In this document: piece after piece, positions 35,346 through 47,371 of the stretch
Numbering within the stretch: the stretch's first letter is position 1
Layout of the letters: each line of letters starts with the position of its first letter
Assembly (NCBI GenBank): GCA_023920165.1
Contig: CP089275.1
Coordinates: forward strand, 1,984,001 to 2,048,000
Reading direction: 5' to 3'
Length of the DNA: 64,000 nucleotides
From: Curvularia clavata
Lineage: Eukaryota
Position numbers and translations under genes: made by a program
Notes under the pieces: model-generated
Database searches by the model: none
Seen by the model: the letters and a program-made list of their open reading frames with translations, nothing else
What the model was told of the DNA's origin: nothing

Positions 35346-37834
35346 TGTGGTTACAATGACATGTACAAAGCTAAGTAACATCTGCGGATGTTTCAGCTTC
35401 ATCCGTAACACATATTCTTGAGGTTATACATAGACACAAGATCTTTGTCTATTTAGTAGCTGTCGTAGACCATACTATACATAGTACTGATACTCTGGTC
35501 TCTGAACTCGACCTACATTCCACCACGACAATGGTAGCAAGAGTTTTGTAACAGTACTTGCTCATCTGCGTTAGTGAGTGTGAGAGGGGCTTTGAGTGCC
35601 GTTACCATATCGGAAGCTTGTGATGTTGTGTAGCATGACACTACTTGCACTTGTTCTTGTTTCCGTTCTCCCCCACCCCACAATGTCAGCCCGGTTGCTG
35701 TCAGGCCATTTTCCGATAACCTCACATGTGACAAGTTGTGCTTGCCCGGGGTTTGTTGGATGTATGCGTAGAGTGCTCGTCTTCTCTGTATATGCTCATC
35801 TTGGAACATTAGAAATTCTGCTCGTAGAAACTTAGACTATGGCTATTCTTGATTTTTCACGTCAGTAGAGATCAATCTCTCTCCAGAACACCTCATGGGC
35901 GGCAGTTTGTTTATTTGTATGCTTCACAAACCCCTCCAGTGGGGCGTACAAATAGGCGACACCCAAGGCTTACAACGGTGACGCACAGCCTGGTCATGTC
36001 ATGGACGACAGTGCCAAGGGGGCGAGCAAATATCTTATCATGTATAAATACCATAAGATTCTGTATTACATCATCAATCGATCATCTCTTGTGCTTGGGT
36101 GGGTTCCTAGCCGGCGCACTGGGTGGTACCAAGAATACCAAACATTAAACTATTAATGGGCCCATAGGGAAAATGCTGAGCTTCGAGACTGAGAAATGCT
36201 GAAGGGTTCACAGAGAAACCAATGACCCACTCAGCGTCACATACATGATAAAATGGGTTGCTACGCTAGGAGGGTGTCCACTCGAATCCGGACGGCTGCC
36301 GGAGCAATGGAAACGGAGGGACGATATACCTGGATTTTGCTTTTTTGCACATGACAAAGTGAAGATGAAGAACATGGCCCCTACAGAACAACAACCTTCT
36401 CCAAAAGCGACTGTCGCGCTTATGCAGGAACTCCTAGCTGGCCAAGCTACACTCCTTTTTTTTTGCGGCCCCAAAGAAAGAAAAGCAATAGGAAGAAGCA
36501 AAAAAGAGGAAAATTGGACATGACACAAGCTATGCCTGGGGATCTTATGTACATGGGGGAGAGAGCACGACATGTGGTATCATAGTGATCGGCATGGTGA
36601 AAAAAAGGATGAGGAGGGGGGATAGAGGTGGCGCTTCTCTCCGCTTGTTGTAAAAAAAAATGAATGTAAGATGTGCAGGGAGAGCGAATGCTTTTTTTTT
36701 TTAAGGAATAAGGATAAGGCTCGTCCCTAGGAAATGTAATGGTAGTTTAGGACATGATTGGTTAGTTATGTGTGGGGGAGGGGGAAGCGATTATTAATGT
36801 CTCCGACGTAGTACCCCGGATGACTGACGCTTGGATTTTCTTTTTCTTTTTTTCGTGTATGCATGAAAGGTGGGTCTATCGGTAAGGTGGGTTGGGGTGA
36901 TAGCACGAGTTGATGGTGCATATGTACGTGTACTATATGTATGCTTATGTGTGCTTGGCTGGGTGCCACACGTGGTTCACACCACTCGGGGAGTTTGACG
37001 ACTAGTCTACACCCTAATTTCCGATAAAGGTACACGAGAACCGCGTGTTTCAGCAGCTCACGCTACGACTGATGTGGAATTGTTTGTCATTTCACGTGCT
37101 TTTTCGGGTGCTCAGCACTATGAGAAAGGCTTTCCATATACATCACATGAGCCCTCACGTTAACAATGAAAGATTTTAGAATTCAAGAGGCCGTAGCAAG
37201 GAACATCCTCGTGACTAGTTAGCCCAATCCCAACCAAACACCCATTGTCATCATGACGCCAGTACAAAAGCAGCCAGATACCCAAGCCAAGACGAGGAAA
37301 TAAAACAAACGCTTTTCCGCCACCCAAAGACTGTCCTTCCAAGCTGGCACGATATTCTCCCGCCCTAGCGGAAGAGCCAGTCCCACCAGCAGGCCCTCTA
37401 CGCCTAGCGAATCGACCGACGTCAACGAGGCACGTCAGCTACCCGCCCGTTCCTGATCCAGATGCCATCTACAAGCCGCGATTCGTTCGCTAGCTACCAG
37501 CAAGCGCGAAGCACTTGCATCAAGCGGCGGGCCGAACCGCGTCACAGTTCCTGAAAAAGAAAAGCTGGCGTGTGGGACGCTAAAGCAGCGAGGCCGGCTG
37601 CCGAGGGTGGAGCAGAGTGGAGCAGATATCATAAACGACAGTTCCCAACGTCCAGCTCGCTTCTGAAATTCGAGTATTGTGAACAGGCGCTGGGGTTGGT
37701 AGAAGATAGGAAAACCGATAAGAGCCCAGGTAATCGTAAAGTGACTGAATGCCGCCCAAATGTTGAGAAAACCAAAACCGTGTGCTGGTGTCGTCTGTAA
37801 GCTATAAGGAGAATTTTGAGATAATCGAACCGGA

Positions 37835-38529
37835 CTAGAAATCCACTGGTGCTGGGTATCGGCTTTGAGCAGCGCGGAACTGCTCTGGGTATTTGCGTGC
37901 CGCTCGGTTGTTCAATGAACTGTCGTAGATGTTAATTCTCGGCACTTGAATTTTGCTGTTAACGTAAACCTACTCGACTCGCTTCTGGGTCCATTGCAAA
38001 TCCTTCTGCACCTCTTTTGCAGCCTTCATTCCGTCTGCAAAGTTCATGCGGGCACCAGCCAATCGTCGCTGAGCCAGTGCCTGTAACTCGAGAAGTTCGC
38101 GATGCTTAGCGTTTAGTTCACCGGATCTGCGCAGTGTCAGTTACACGACTCTAGTCGAACCCGGAAGATCCAAACTTGAAGCCCAGATGTCATGACTTAC
38201 GTCTGCGCTTGCTTTGCAACGCTGCGATCGAGGGGCAAGGGATCGAAAGAGCCATTCACACGGCGGCCCATGTAATCGAGGAGATCGACGCTGGCAGCGC
38301 CGCTGGTGGATTCATAATCGCTCGCACTGCCTGCGTAGTTGCTCGAGGTGGCTGATGGCTCGTACGACGGCACACCGGATGTTGTAACGCTGTCTGGAGC
38401 TTCGGGGGGTGATCCTGACACGCGTCCATAGCCATGCTGTTGGGCTGGGAAGAAAAAGCCTGGCTTCTGTGGCATGTTGATTGGGAAAGAGGACTGGGGA
38501 TAGTTGTAGAAGGAGTGCGAAGAGGCCAT
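37835..38529 (-). CDS. KXD1: KxDL-domain protein (BLOC-1/BORC subunit Kxd1-like), 3 exons
   Basis: PLDRSVAKQAQT|SGELNAKHRELLELQALAQRRL..AKEVQKDLQWTQKRVD|SLNNRAARKYPEQF after two GT-AG introns; TATAAAAA on the - strand near 38744-38751. Confidence 0.85.
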
Positions 38530-40861
38530 TTTGGATGATGCTCGGTTCGTTTGTAGGCTTGGATAGTGTGTAGAGGAATATGTTGGTGAAGTGTACAAGT
38601 GGTCAGATGGTGTCAGCGTTTGGTGAATGGGTCGAAGTGGGAAGCCAAGCCAGTAAGTTGGATGTAATGAAGCTGGAATGATATCTTCAGAAAAGTGAAT
38701 AGAGATTCAGAAAGAGAAGACAAAGATGCAGCACCAAGGCGGCTTTTTATACCTTTCCATTGCAGGCATGTTGGGAGCATCACAGTCAATGGGGCATGGC
38801 TTTGACCCCTTCATGCCGACACATGGCCGTAACCCCGCCGTCTCCGTGATAAAGCTGCATATGATAGCATCCACTGAGGGATGTTCCCGCTGGGGCCGGA
38901 TTGCAAAGCGTCATTTAGACTGGGCTGGATGGTGGCCCTTGGGCGTGGGCCGCAGCCGATCCCACGATACCTCGGAGCGATAGTGAAAGTTCCAGATGCC
39001 AATTGGCCCAGAGGAGAAACTAGTGAAAAGTGGCCTCAGCTCATGCCGGCACAAAAGCTTCGGGGAGCGAATTGGCGTGCAATGGCAAAAAGTTGCGATT
39101 CTGGATGCAATGCCGTCGATGACCGGCACCAGTGTATTGCTAAAGGCAGCGGGGCAGAGTAAGCGCAGCAGACGCGGACGCGGACGCCAGGTAAAAGCAG
39201 CGCCGGTGGAGAGGTGTACATGCATGGGTAGTCTGCCGGACGGGCATGCTAAGTGTTGTCAAGTTGATGCGTTGGCTCGACAGCTGCCAGCGCGTTGGAG
39301 CATGCAATCTCGAGCGGGACGCAGAGGATCAGACAGCGCATGACACCAGTGGCGGCAGCTACCCAACGGCGAGTGAGGAGACAGATGCGCAGGCGAGGAC
39401 GGAGGGCAATGGCACCAAGGCTTGTCTTGGACATATTTTTTCGGTCGTAGTCATGGTCGCGATCATGGAAGGTCGTGGAGAAGACATGCAGGACTAGCAT
39501 AGCCCCGCCGAACTAAACCGTCGGCCCCTCGCTGGCTTGCGGTGCGTCATGCTTGCGAGCAGCAACCCAACCAGGCCAAAGCGTCGTTGCTGCACAGCAC
39601 CCTTGGCACTCGCATGCCTGCGAGCTCACGGGTCCCGTCTTTACACTGCGTAACCTCACACGCACATCCCCCAGGCGTTCCCAGTCTGCCAGTCAATGGC
39701 ACCCTTATTACGGCAATAAGTGGCGGTGAAGGAATCCTACCTAGCTTGCCCACACCACTCTCCATGTGCATGGCATGCCCTTGTTCGTCCTACAAACCAA
39801 GCCTTCTCTTCTCACAAAAAGCGTTACATTGGCGCCCTAACGGCGCCGGGCAAGCCAATCCAACGGCACCACTGTCAACACTGCCCATGTGGGAGCTACC
39901 TTTGGGTTACCCTTGTACCCAACATCCGGTGTTTGCCTTATACGAAGACTACCCCGGATTCCCACCAAGTTGAGCCCGACTAGGCAACAAGTCGAGGTTA
40001 AATCTGGCTCTGGGTGGTTCCTAGCAAGGCGCACAGCACTTTCGACAGTTCCAAAGCGATACTATCTAGTCCATACTGCCATGTAATTGAGATATGCGTT
40101 TCACCACACTTGTGTCTAGGCGCAATGTGTTAATCACACACGTACAATCTGTTAAGATCCCGTAAGGTTCGGCGACTGCCTTGTCAAATCCCTGCATCTT
40201 CTGCCACTCCAGCTCTACCGTCCCTAGTCTCTGGGGGTACTAGTGCCAATCTTTTCCCGGTGGTGGTAACTCTGGCCTATCAGCGACCGACACTGATGGA
40301 GCAGGCAGCTGGTAATTGATTCAGAACACCGTGATATTCAAGCGAGAAATTGCCTGACAGGAACAGTGGCTCCATTCCGCCTCTTGGCATAAACACTTGC
40401 TCGTAGTATGAAGTCTGGTCATGACGTGCACGATCGAACAGACTGTACGCAGTCTTCATTGCTCCTACCCAATCTTTGAAAATTAGACACTACCATATGC
40501 ACCCATCCATGTCCTTTGTTCATTTTAGTGGTGGGTTCTGGTAGGTTACAGGACCTCTCCTGATATTCTGTACATGCTCACGTCTAGACCACCGGTCCCG
40601 GAAGGACTACTCTCATGACACTCGGAATCCTTCGTCCCTTGCATATCTGGTGATCCCAATACCTATCGTAGGGGCTTATCTATCGGTAAACCACGTGATT
40701 CCCACATGTTGGTGTGTGCGGGGCTACTTCGTGCACCATGTCGTTATTGGTTGCAAGGCCAGAGTAACTGTCTGAATATACCACATGGTGATCAATCTTC
40801 CGTTCTATGTATCGGCATTAATACTCATGAGCGTGTTTTCAAGTCCACTCAAAAGCTCACC

Positions 40862-41380
40862 TCATCCGCTGCTACTGTTCTTGAGGTTTGCCCAAGGATC
40901 TTCAATGAAGCTAGGTTGAAAATACGCAGTGTCCCCATGCTCGTTCTGAACACCATTTCGTAGCGCATTTAACTCCGCTCTGGAAATGGGAGACCCACCA
41001 AATGACACCATTTCTGTCATATTCTGATCCCTAGAAGCTGACGCATCAAAAGTATTACCAGTGCCAAGAGGAGTCTCCGCAAGGGTTTGACCACGAGCTA
41101 AGAAGCTGGCGAGACCTGAACCCGGTGCTTGGGTCTTCATCGACCCATTGTCTTGGGCATTTTTAGCTTGATCCACAAGGTTGGCATCAGAATCCTCGTG
41201 TTCATTTGCTTCTGAACTGGCAATCTTCTTCGTTCTGACTCCCAGTTGAGTCGAGTTGGCGCCACTTGCACCAGTTGCAGCTTTGGGTGAGTTTGTATGG
41301 TCGAATTTCCGCTTCTTGGTTCCCCCAAAGGAGGAAAACCCCATGGCCGCGGCTATGTCGATGTTTTCGTCTTCGTCCAT
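40862..41380 (-). CDS. Small protein with an N-terminal MGFSSFG motif and a C-terminal TTDN1/MPLKIP-like YFQPSFIEDPW motif, 172 aa
   Basis: Intronless ORF, divergent from the transporter gene; motifs read directly from the translation. Confidence 0.75.
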   Translation of the reverse strand: MDEDENIDIAAAMGFSSFGGTKKRKFDHTNSPKAATGASGANSTQLGVRTKKIASSEANEHEDSDANLVDQAKNAQDNGSMKTQAPGSGLASFLARGQTLAETPLGTGNTFDASASRDQNMTEMVSFGGSPISRAELNALRNGVQNEHGDTAYFQPSFIEDPWANLKNSSSG

Positions 41381-41816
41381 GGTAAAGCGTGCGTCGGCTG
41401 TCCTGGTTTTTGGCGGGACGGTTGGTTTACTAGAAGAGGAGAAAGTACAAAATGTCCCGAGAAGTTACATCCGACGACGCTAGTGACATCGGGGCCAATC
41501 GGAGCGTCCTTGTCTCCTACAGTGGGCCTCCTCTCTTTGCAGCTCTGGAAGGACATCCATGTGAGAAGCATGCTGGCACACTGTAGAGATCATGACATTA
41601 CTCACCATGTCACGCCATGGATGAAGAGTGTGCACAGATGTACCAAGAGCACCACGCGTGTTGGTCTGGCGGCCTTAGCGCCAGCGTCATCGCACCTGCG
41701 CATCGACAGGGTTCCTGACCACAACGTCCGCAGACACCTGCACAGCGCAAGTCTTGATGCTGGCTCAAGTCGTGTACTAGTCCCTCAGACGGACTCCCGA
41801 ATACGCCACGCTCAAC

Positions 41817-44800
41817 ATGGATGGCGATACCTCGCAGAGCCCGGCACAGCGCCGCGCTCTACGACCCAGCGTAAGTCGCGTCTTGAGGCCTTGCCTTGGA
41901 CGAGATGAGTAGCTCACCATCCACTACAGATGCGGTCGGCAACCATGATCCAGCCGAGAACTGGCGAACGCGTCAAGAGAGCCTTCACTTTACGCAGATC
42001 CCGACACCGCCGCACACGATCTTCCGAGATTCTACTGGCACCAGGCCAGTTCGAGAACGAGAGATACCGTGAGATGAGCAGGAGCGAGCTGCTCGGCGAA
42101 ATGCTCAAGTACAAATACCGAAAAATCTGTGCGTACGCAACGAGTCCAACCGGAATCGGCATACTGAAATGCTCGCTTGCCTACGTGCTCGGATCCTTGG
42201 CCACCTTTGTCCCAGTGATAGCTGCGCTGTTGGGTAGAAACGACGGCAAGCACATGGTCGCAACCATCACTGTGTACTTTCACCCGGCGCGATCAGCGGG
42301 TAGCATGCTCGAGGCTGTCATGCTCGCGTTTGCTGCTTTCCTCTATGCCACTGTCGTGTCCTTCTCGAGTATGGCCGTGTCTGCTTACTTTGGGAACAAC
42401 GACCTTTTAGTAGTTGGGCATGTCATAGTACTCATTGTCTTCTGTGGAGGCGGTCTTGGACTCGTCGGATGGACCAAACACAAACTTGGGAATCCCCTGG
42501 TTAACGTGGCGTGCTCGCTGACTTCCCTTGCCCTCATCACCATTTTGACTAAAGAGGGGGCTGTCCAGGCTGCTACATTTTCCTACGCCAAGATCTGGCA
42601 GGTGCTGAAGATGATCATCATGGGCTGTACTGCATCGACAGCCGTGTCTCTACTCGTAAAGCCAACGTCGGCGCGCAAGGAGTTCCGCGATAGCTTCATC
42701 AAAACCACCGATGCCATGGCAGAAATGTTGAATGGCATCGCTCTCAGCTTCCTCTCTGGCTCCGAACAAGACCTCAAGAGTGACTCGTATGTCAAAGCCT
42801 CAGATCGACTCCAGACAACCTTCAAAACACTAGTCAAGAATCTTGGAGAAGCAAAGTTTGAGCACTACGCATCGGGCACTGAAACAGAATTCAAAATCAA
42901 CGTTAAGCTGGTCAAATGCGTTGAGACGCTGATGCAGAGTTTGGGTGGATTGCGCAGTGCTGCTGAGACGCAATTCACGTTGCTTGCGCAGTCAGAGTCC
43001 GCGGGTGCAAGTCTTGAAACTATACCTACCAACGGAACGGTCACTTCTTCAATTTTTTCAGACCACGCTATTTCACAAAGTCCTCCTCAGTTGTTTTCTC
43101 CTACTCTGAGACACTCGGATAGACATGGTAGCGTTCTCGCCTGTATTGACGAATTGCCTGAAGGCTCTGCCGAAGCATCTGCGATTTGCTCGCCTGCTGA
43201 CTCCGACGACGAATCCAAACCGGCGAACCAAATCCTCGCCAGATCCATAAATCTCTCAAAATCGAACCTTACGCCTGCTGACATATTTTCGGTTTTCATA
43301 GCTCAGTTGGGTCCACCCATGGTAAGTCAGATGATTCAAATTCGCTGGCTCTACTGACCACAACAGAAATCGCTCGCATACACCTTACGTGAAGTCCTGT
43401 CTGAACTACCCTTTGGACCTGGCCCAGAGTATAACATGGCAATCAATGAGCACTTCCGTCACAGCCTCGTCGACGCCAAGGCTCTATTCTCGGAGGCGCG
43501 ACGAGACGCTCTTTCTGGTATATATGCAAATAAGATACCAACAAAGACCAGCTCGGCTGAAATTGCAGCCGACTTTGAAGAAGTCGCTGCAAGCTGCGGG
43601 CATTTCAGTTCGTCTTTGATCGACTTTGCTGAAGACATGGTAGGGTTCCTTGACATTCTTGAGGAGCTCAAGACCAACGTCAACCGCTATCCACGGCAGA
43701 GAACGTATAACTGGCTCAAGTTTTGGAAAAACCGACACAATAAGAGTAGTTCTGGTGACGATACGGATATGACGTATATGAACCGAGATGCCGACCTCGA
43801 AACAGTGGGAGGCTCGCGCGAAATTCACAACCCCATTTATCGAAAGTCGAATCGTGGAGATCCGTACAAGCCGGAGAACGAACAGCCGTTGTCTTATCGC
43901 ATATGGACATCGCTAGCCGTGTTTCGAAGAGACGATCTCAAATACGCAGTGAAAGTCGGTATTGGTGCAGTCCTCTGGGCTATGTGGTCCTTCATCCAAT
44001 CGACAAGGGCATTTTACAGCACATGGCGTGGCGAGTGGGGTCTATTGTCGTACATGCTGGTTTGCTCCATGACAATAGGCGCTTCCAACACTACAGGGTA
44101 TCAGCGATTCGCTGGTACCTGCCTTGGTGCTGTGCTGGCAATCGCTGCATGGATCGCCGCTGACGAACACGCTTTCCTTCTATGCTTTTTCGGTTGGATA
44201 ATCTCCCTGTTCTGTTTCTACATTATTGTTGGCAAGGGAAAGGGACCCATGGGTCGTTTTATCTTGTTGACCTACAACTTATCAGCACTTTACGCTTATT
44301 CTCTTTCCGTCAAGGACGAAGAAGATGACGATGATGAAGGCGGTATTTCACCTGAAATATGGGAAATTGTACTTCACCGGGTGGTTGCGGTTATGGTCGG
44401 TTGTCTTTGGGGTATCATCATAACAAGGATAATCTGGCCGATATCAGCACGTCGGAAACTCAAAAAAGGCACATCCTTGCTGTGGCTAAAGATGGGGTTG
44501 ATTTGGAAACGTGGGCCGCTCAAGACCGTCCTGGAATCTAACGAGCACACAAGCCGAACACACTCGTTCATGTCTGAGCGCGAAGAGCTTGAACTTCGGA
44601 GATATCTATCTCATTTAGAGGCGTTACGTGTAGCAGCCGCTGCCGAATTCGAGCTCAGAGGTCCCTTTCCGAACAAGAGCTTTCAAATCATCCTTGGGGC
44701 AACTAGTCATCTGCTGGATAGTTTCCACGCAATGAACGTCGTCATACTAAGAGAGTTGAAGGCGTCAGATGGCGAAAAGGAAGCCCTGAGATATACAAAG

Positions 44801-45214
44801 AAAGAATGGACCGAGCTGAGTTGGCGCATCAGTCATTTGTTCTCAGGCAAGTTCCATGCTTGGTGGAAATTCGGATCGAAGGCTAATAGATGACAGTCAT
44901 GGCTTCCTCCATGAAGCTAGCATACCCGCTGAATGACGTTCTCCCTAACATCGAGCACACACGTGATCGGTTGCTGGCAAAGGTCTTCGATTTCCGGCAG
45001 CAGGACGTGGGCAAGACGGTTGCCGCAGCCGAAGACTACGAGCTGCTATACGCCTATGGTGAGTCTTCTGAATCAGTGCTTGAAGTTCATCGTTATCATT
45101 AACACTATCACAGCATTGGTGACAGCCCAACTCGCGCATGATCTTAGTGTCATTGGACAAGAAATCGAGAAGCTCTATGGCGTTCTGAGCGAGGAGGATC
45201 TGAAGCTGCAGTGA
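41817..45214 (+). CDS. FUSC/aromatic acid exporter (ArAE_2)-family membrane protein, 5 exons including one GC-AG intron
   Basis: Exon 1 MDGDTSQSPAQRRALRPS (41817-41870); VYFHPARSAGSM, KYAVKVGIG, WRGEWGLLSYM..TIGASN, HRVVAV..IWPISARRKL; introns 41871-41929, 43322-43366, 44847-44896 (GCAAGT donor) and 45059-45113. Confidence 0.87.
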
Positions 45215-45840
45215 AACTTATTCATATGCTGCTGAATGAAAAGTTCTTTTCTTGCATGTTGTTAGGTACGTTCACCGTCACCGCGAGTAAGCTTGTACTG
45301 CGACTTGACACTGCAACGAGGTCCGTTAAAGTTAGCGCGCGATGATGTTAAAATGACTCATAATGTGACATATGTACACTGCACCTTGGTGTTTAGAGTT
45401 GAGGCTAATGAGTGCCATACACCAATCATTATAGAGAGCAAGTTGCTCTTTGCACGTGCTCGTGTGACGTTGAATTGATGACTGGAGATGTTAAGGCAAG
45501 GATATCGTTTGCCGTCAGCGATTCGCCATGTCAACGGTGGAAGAATTGCCAACGGTATTCGTGCCCTCACCTCATAGAAGCGTAATGCAATGCTGCCCTT
45601 CGGCGCAGTGCTTTGTCCTGACCCAATTAGAGCAATGTTAATTTATCGATATTTTTAGATTCCATGTCCATTGACGGGGTGTTGGTTGTGTGAAGAGAAT
45701 GCACGAGACTGTATGAATAAAACCATGTGAATTGCATGTGGGCGACTAGTATACTGAGCAGCACCATTACCACGTATCCGACCAGCCTCCGTATGGCGCA
45801 TCTGCTCATGCGTGGTTGTGGGGTGGGAAATTGGCTAGTC

Positions 45841-45850
45841 GTCACGTGAC
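45841..45850. promoter_or_regulatory. GTCACGTGAC palindrome upstream of RPL19
   Basis: Perfect 10-bp E-box palindrome ~115 bp upstream of the start codon. Confidence 0.5.
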
Positions 45851-45963
45851 TGTCTTGGCGCTCTAAGCGATCACGCACCTGGCGTTTTGGAAATTGTCTG
45901 CGCACCTTCCAGCTTCAACAACGGTAAGTCGACAACGGACCACGGACGACAACAACATCGAAA

Positions 45964-46897
45964 ATGTAAGGATTCCCGACTGCATACCCTCGAGCACTGC
46001 TTCGAAGAGCAAACCCGCACCCGCTACACACCTGGCACCTCGCAGTCGTGCCTCTGAGGCGCTCGAGGAGTGGCGAACCCCTCTTTCGACGACAGCCTGC
46101 TCCGTCACCACCATGCGCACAAATGATCAAAATACTGACATGGATTGCTTCACAGGGTCAACCTCCGCACTCAGAAGCGCCTCGCGGCCTCCGTGGTCGG
46201 TTGCGGCAAGCGCAAGATCTGGCTTGACCCCAACGAGGTCAGCGAAATCGCCAACGCCAACTCCCGCCAGACCGTCCGCAAGCTCGTTCAGGATGGCCTC
46301 ATCATCCGCAAGCCCGTCACCATGCACTCTCGTGCCCGCGCCCGGGAGCTGAACGCCGCCCGACGAATTGGCCGACACCGTGGTTTCGGTAAGAGGAAGG
46401 GTACCAAGGACGCTCGTATGCCAAGGTATGCAATCACCTTGCCTTTTTGACGCTGGACCTGGGGACGAGGAAGCGTCGTAGGATGTTCCCGGTAATGGAA
46501 ATTGTTCACTAACGCGGATGTGTGCAGCCAAATCGTCTGGATGCGCCGTCTCCGTGTCCTCCGCCGTCTCCTCGTCAAGTACCGCGCCGCCGGCAAGATC
46601 GACAAGCACCTCTACCACGAGCTCTACCTCCTCTCCAAGGGTAACACCTTCAAGCACAAGCGTGCTCTCGTTGAACACGTATGTTGTCCATGACATCATG
46701 ACTATGTCAATTCCCCCCGCTTCACGTTCGGTCACTAATGTGCATTGTAGATCCACAAGGCCAAGGCTGAGAAGGCCCGCGAGAGGCTCATTAAGGAGGA
46801 GATGGACGCCAAGCGTGCGAAGACCAAGGCGGCTCGCGAGAGGAGGCAGGAGCGTGTCCAGCAGAAGCGCCAGGCTCAGCTGGGCGACGAGGAGTAA
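45964..46897 (+). CDS. RPL19: 60S ribosomal protein eL19, 4 exons; start codon split AT|G by intron 45966-46155
   Basis: [28 protein letters not shown]...[28 protein letters not shown]...[22 protein letters not shown]. Confidence 0.97.
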
Positions 46898-47371
46898 AGA
46901 AGGGATGTCATGATGAACACCTGGCGTGGGTCTTTTCAAGGTTAAAGGAGGGCGTCATTCTCCTTTTTATCTGGGCATATGCGGTCATGTTTCATGTTAC
47001 GTCTGCGAAGGACTACTCTCTCCATGCATACTCGACCGACAAGGATGCCCCCATTCTGATTTTCGATGCTATGAGTGTACCAAAAATAAACAGGGATATG
47101 AGCATCGGCATTAGAAACCAGTAGTCAATCTTGGAGTTGGTCTGCTTTGATTTACGGAACATGTCTTGTGGCCTCTGTGACTATCTGGATCCCAACTATG
47201 TGCTCTAACAATCAGGCCGAGAAAGTAATCATCAGAAGATCCCTGAATTTCCACATACCCTTGTCACAATTAAGTATACGTGCCCATTTCCTACTGCAGG
47301 GTATACGAGAATCCCTAACGCCGAATATAAACGCCATGTCAACTCCCTAGCTCCCACGGGTCACCCTGCAT

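Noticed and set aside
35460..35495. U3 snoRNA-like 5' end (AGACCATACT)
   Set aside because: Box A (GGATCATTTCT) and the downstream boxes are missing.
36245..36523. 92-aa ORF downstream of the TATAAATA at ~36044
   Set aside because: No recognisable motif and it runs through homopolymer tracts; cannot be supported.
41817..45214. ArAE/FUSC exporter as part of the aromatic cluster
   Set aside because: It is ~20 kb away behind housekeeping genes, and the family is widespread in fungi.
46127..46939. 270-aa antisense ORF over RPL19, and similar long antisense ORFs over chdA, BUB1, SEC18 and SPT3
   Set aside because: Shadow ORFs caused by high GC3 codon bias of the real genes on the opposite strand.
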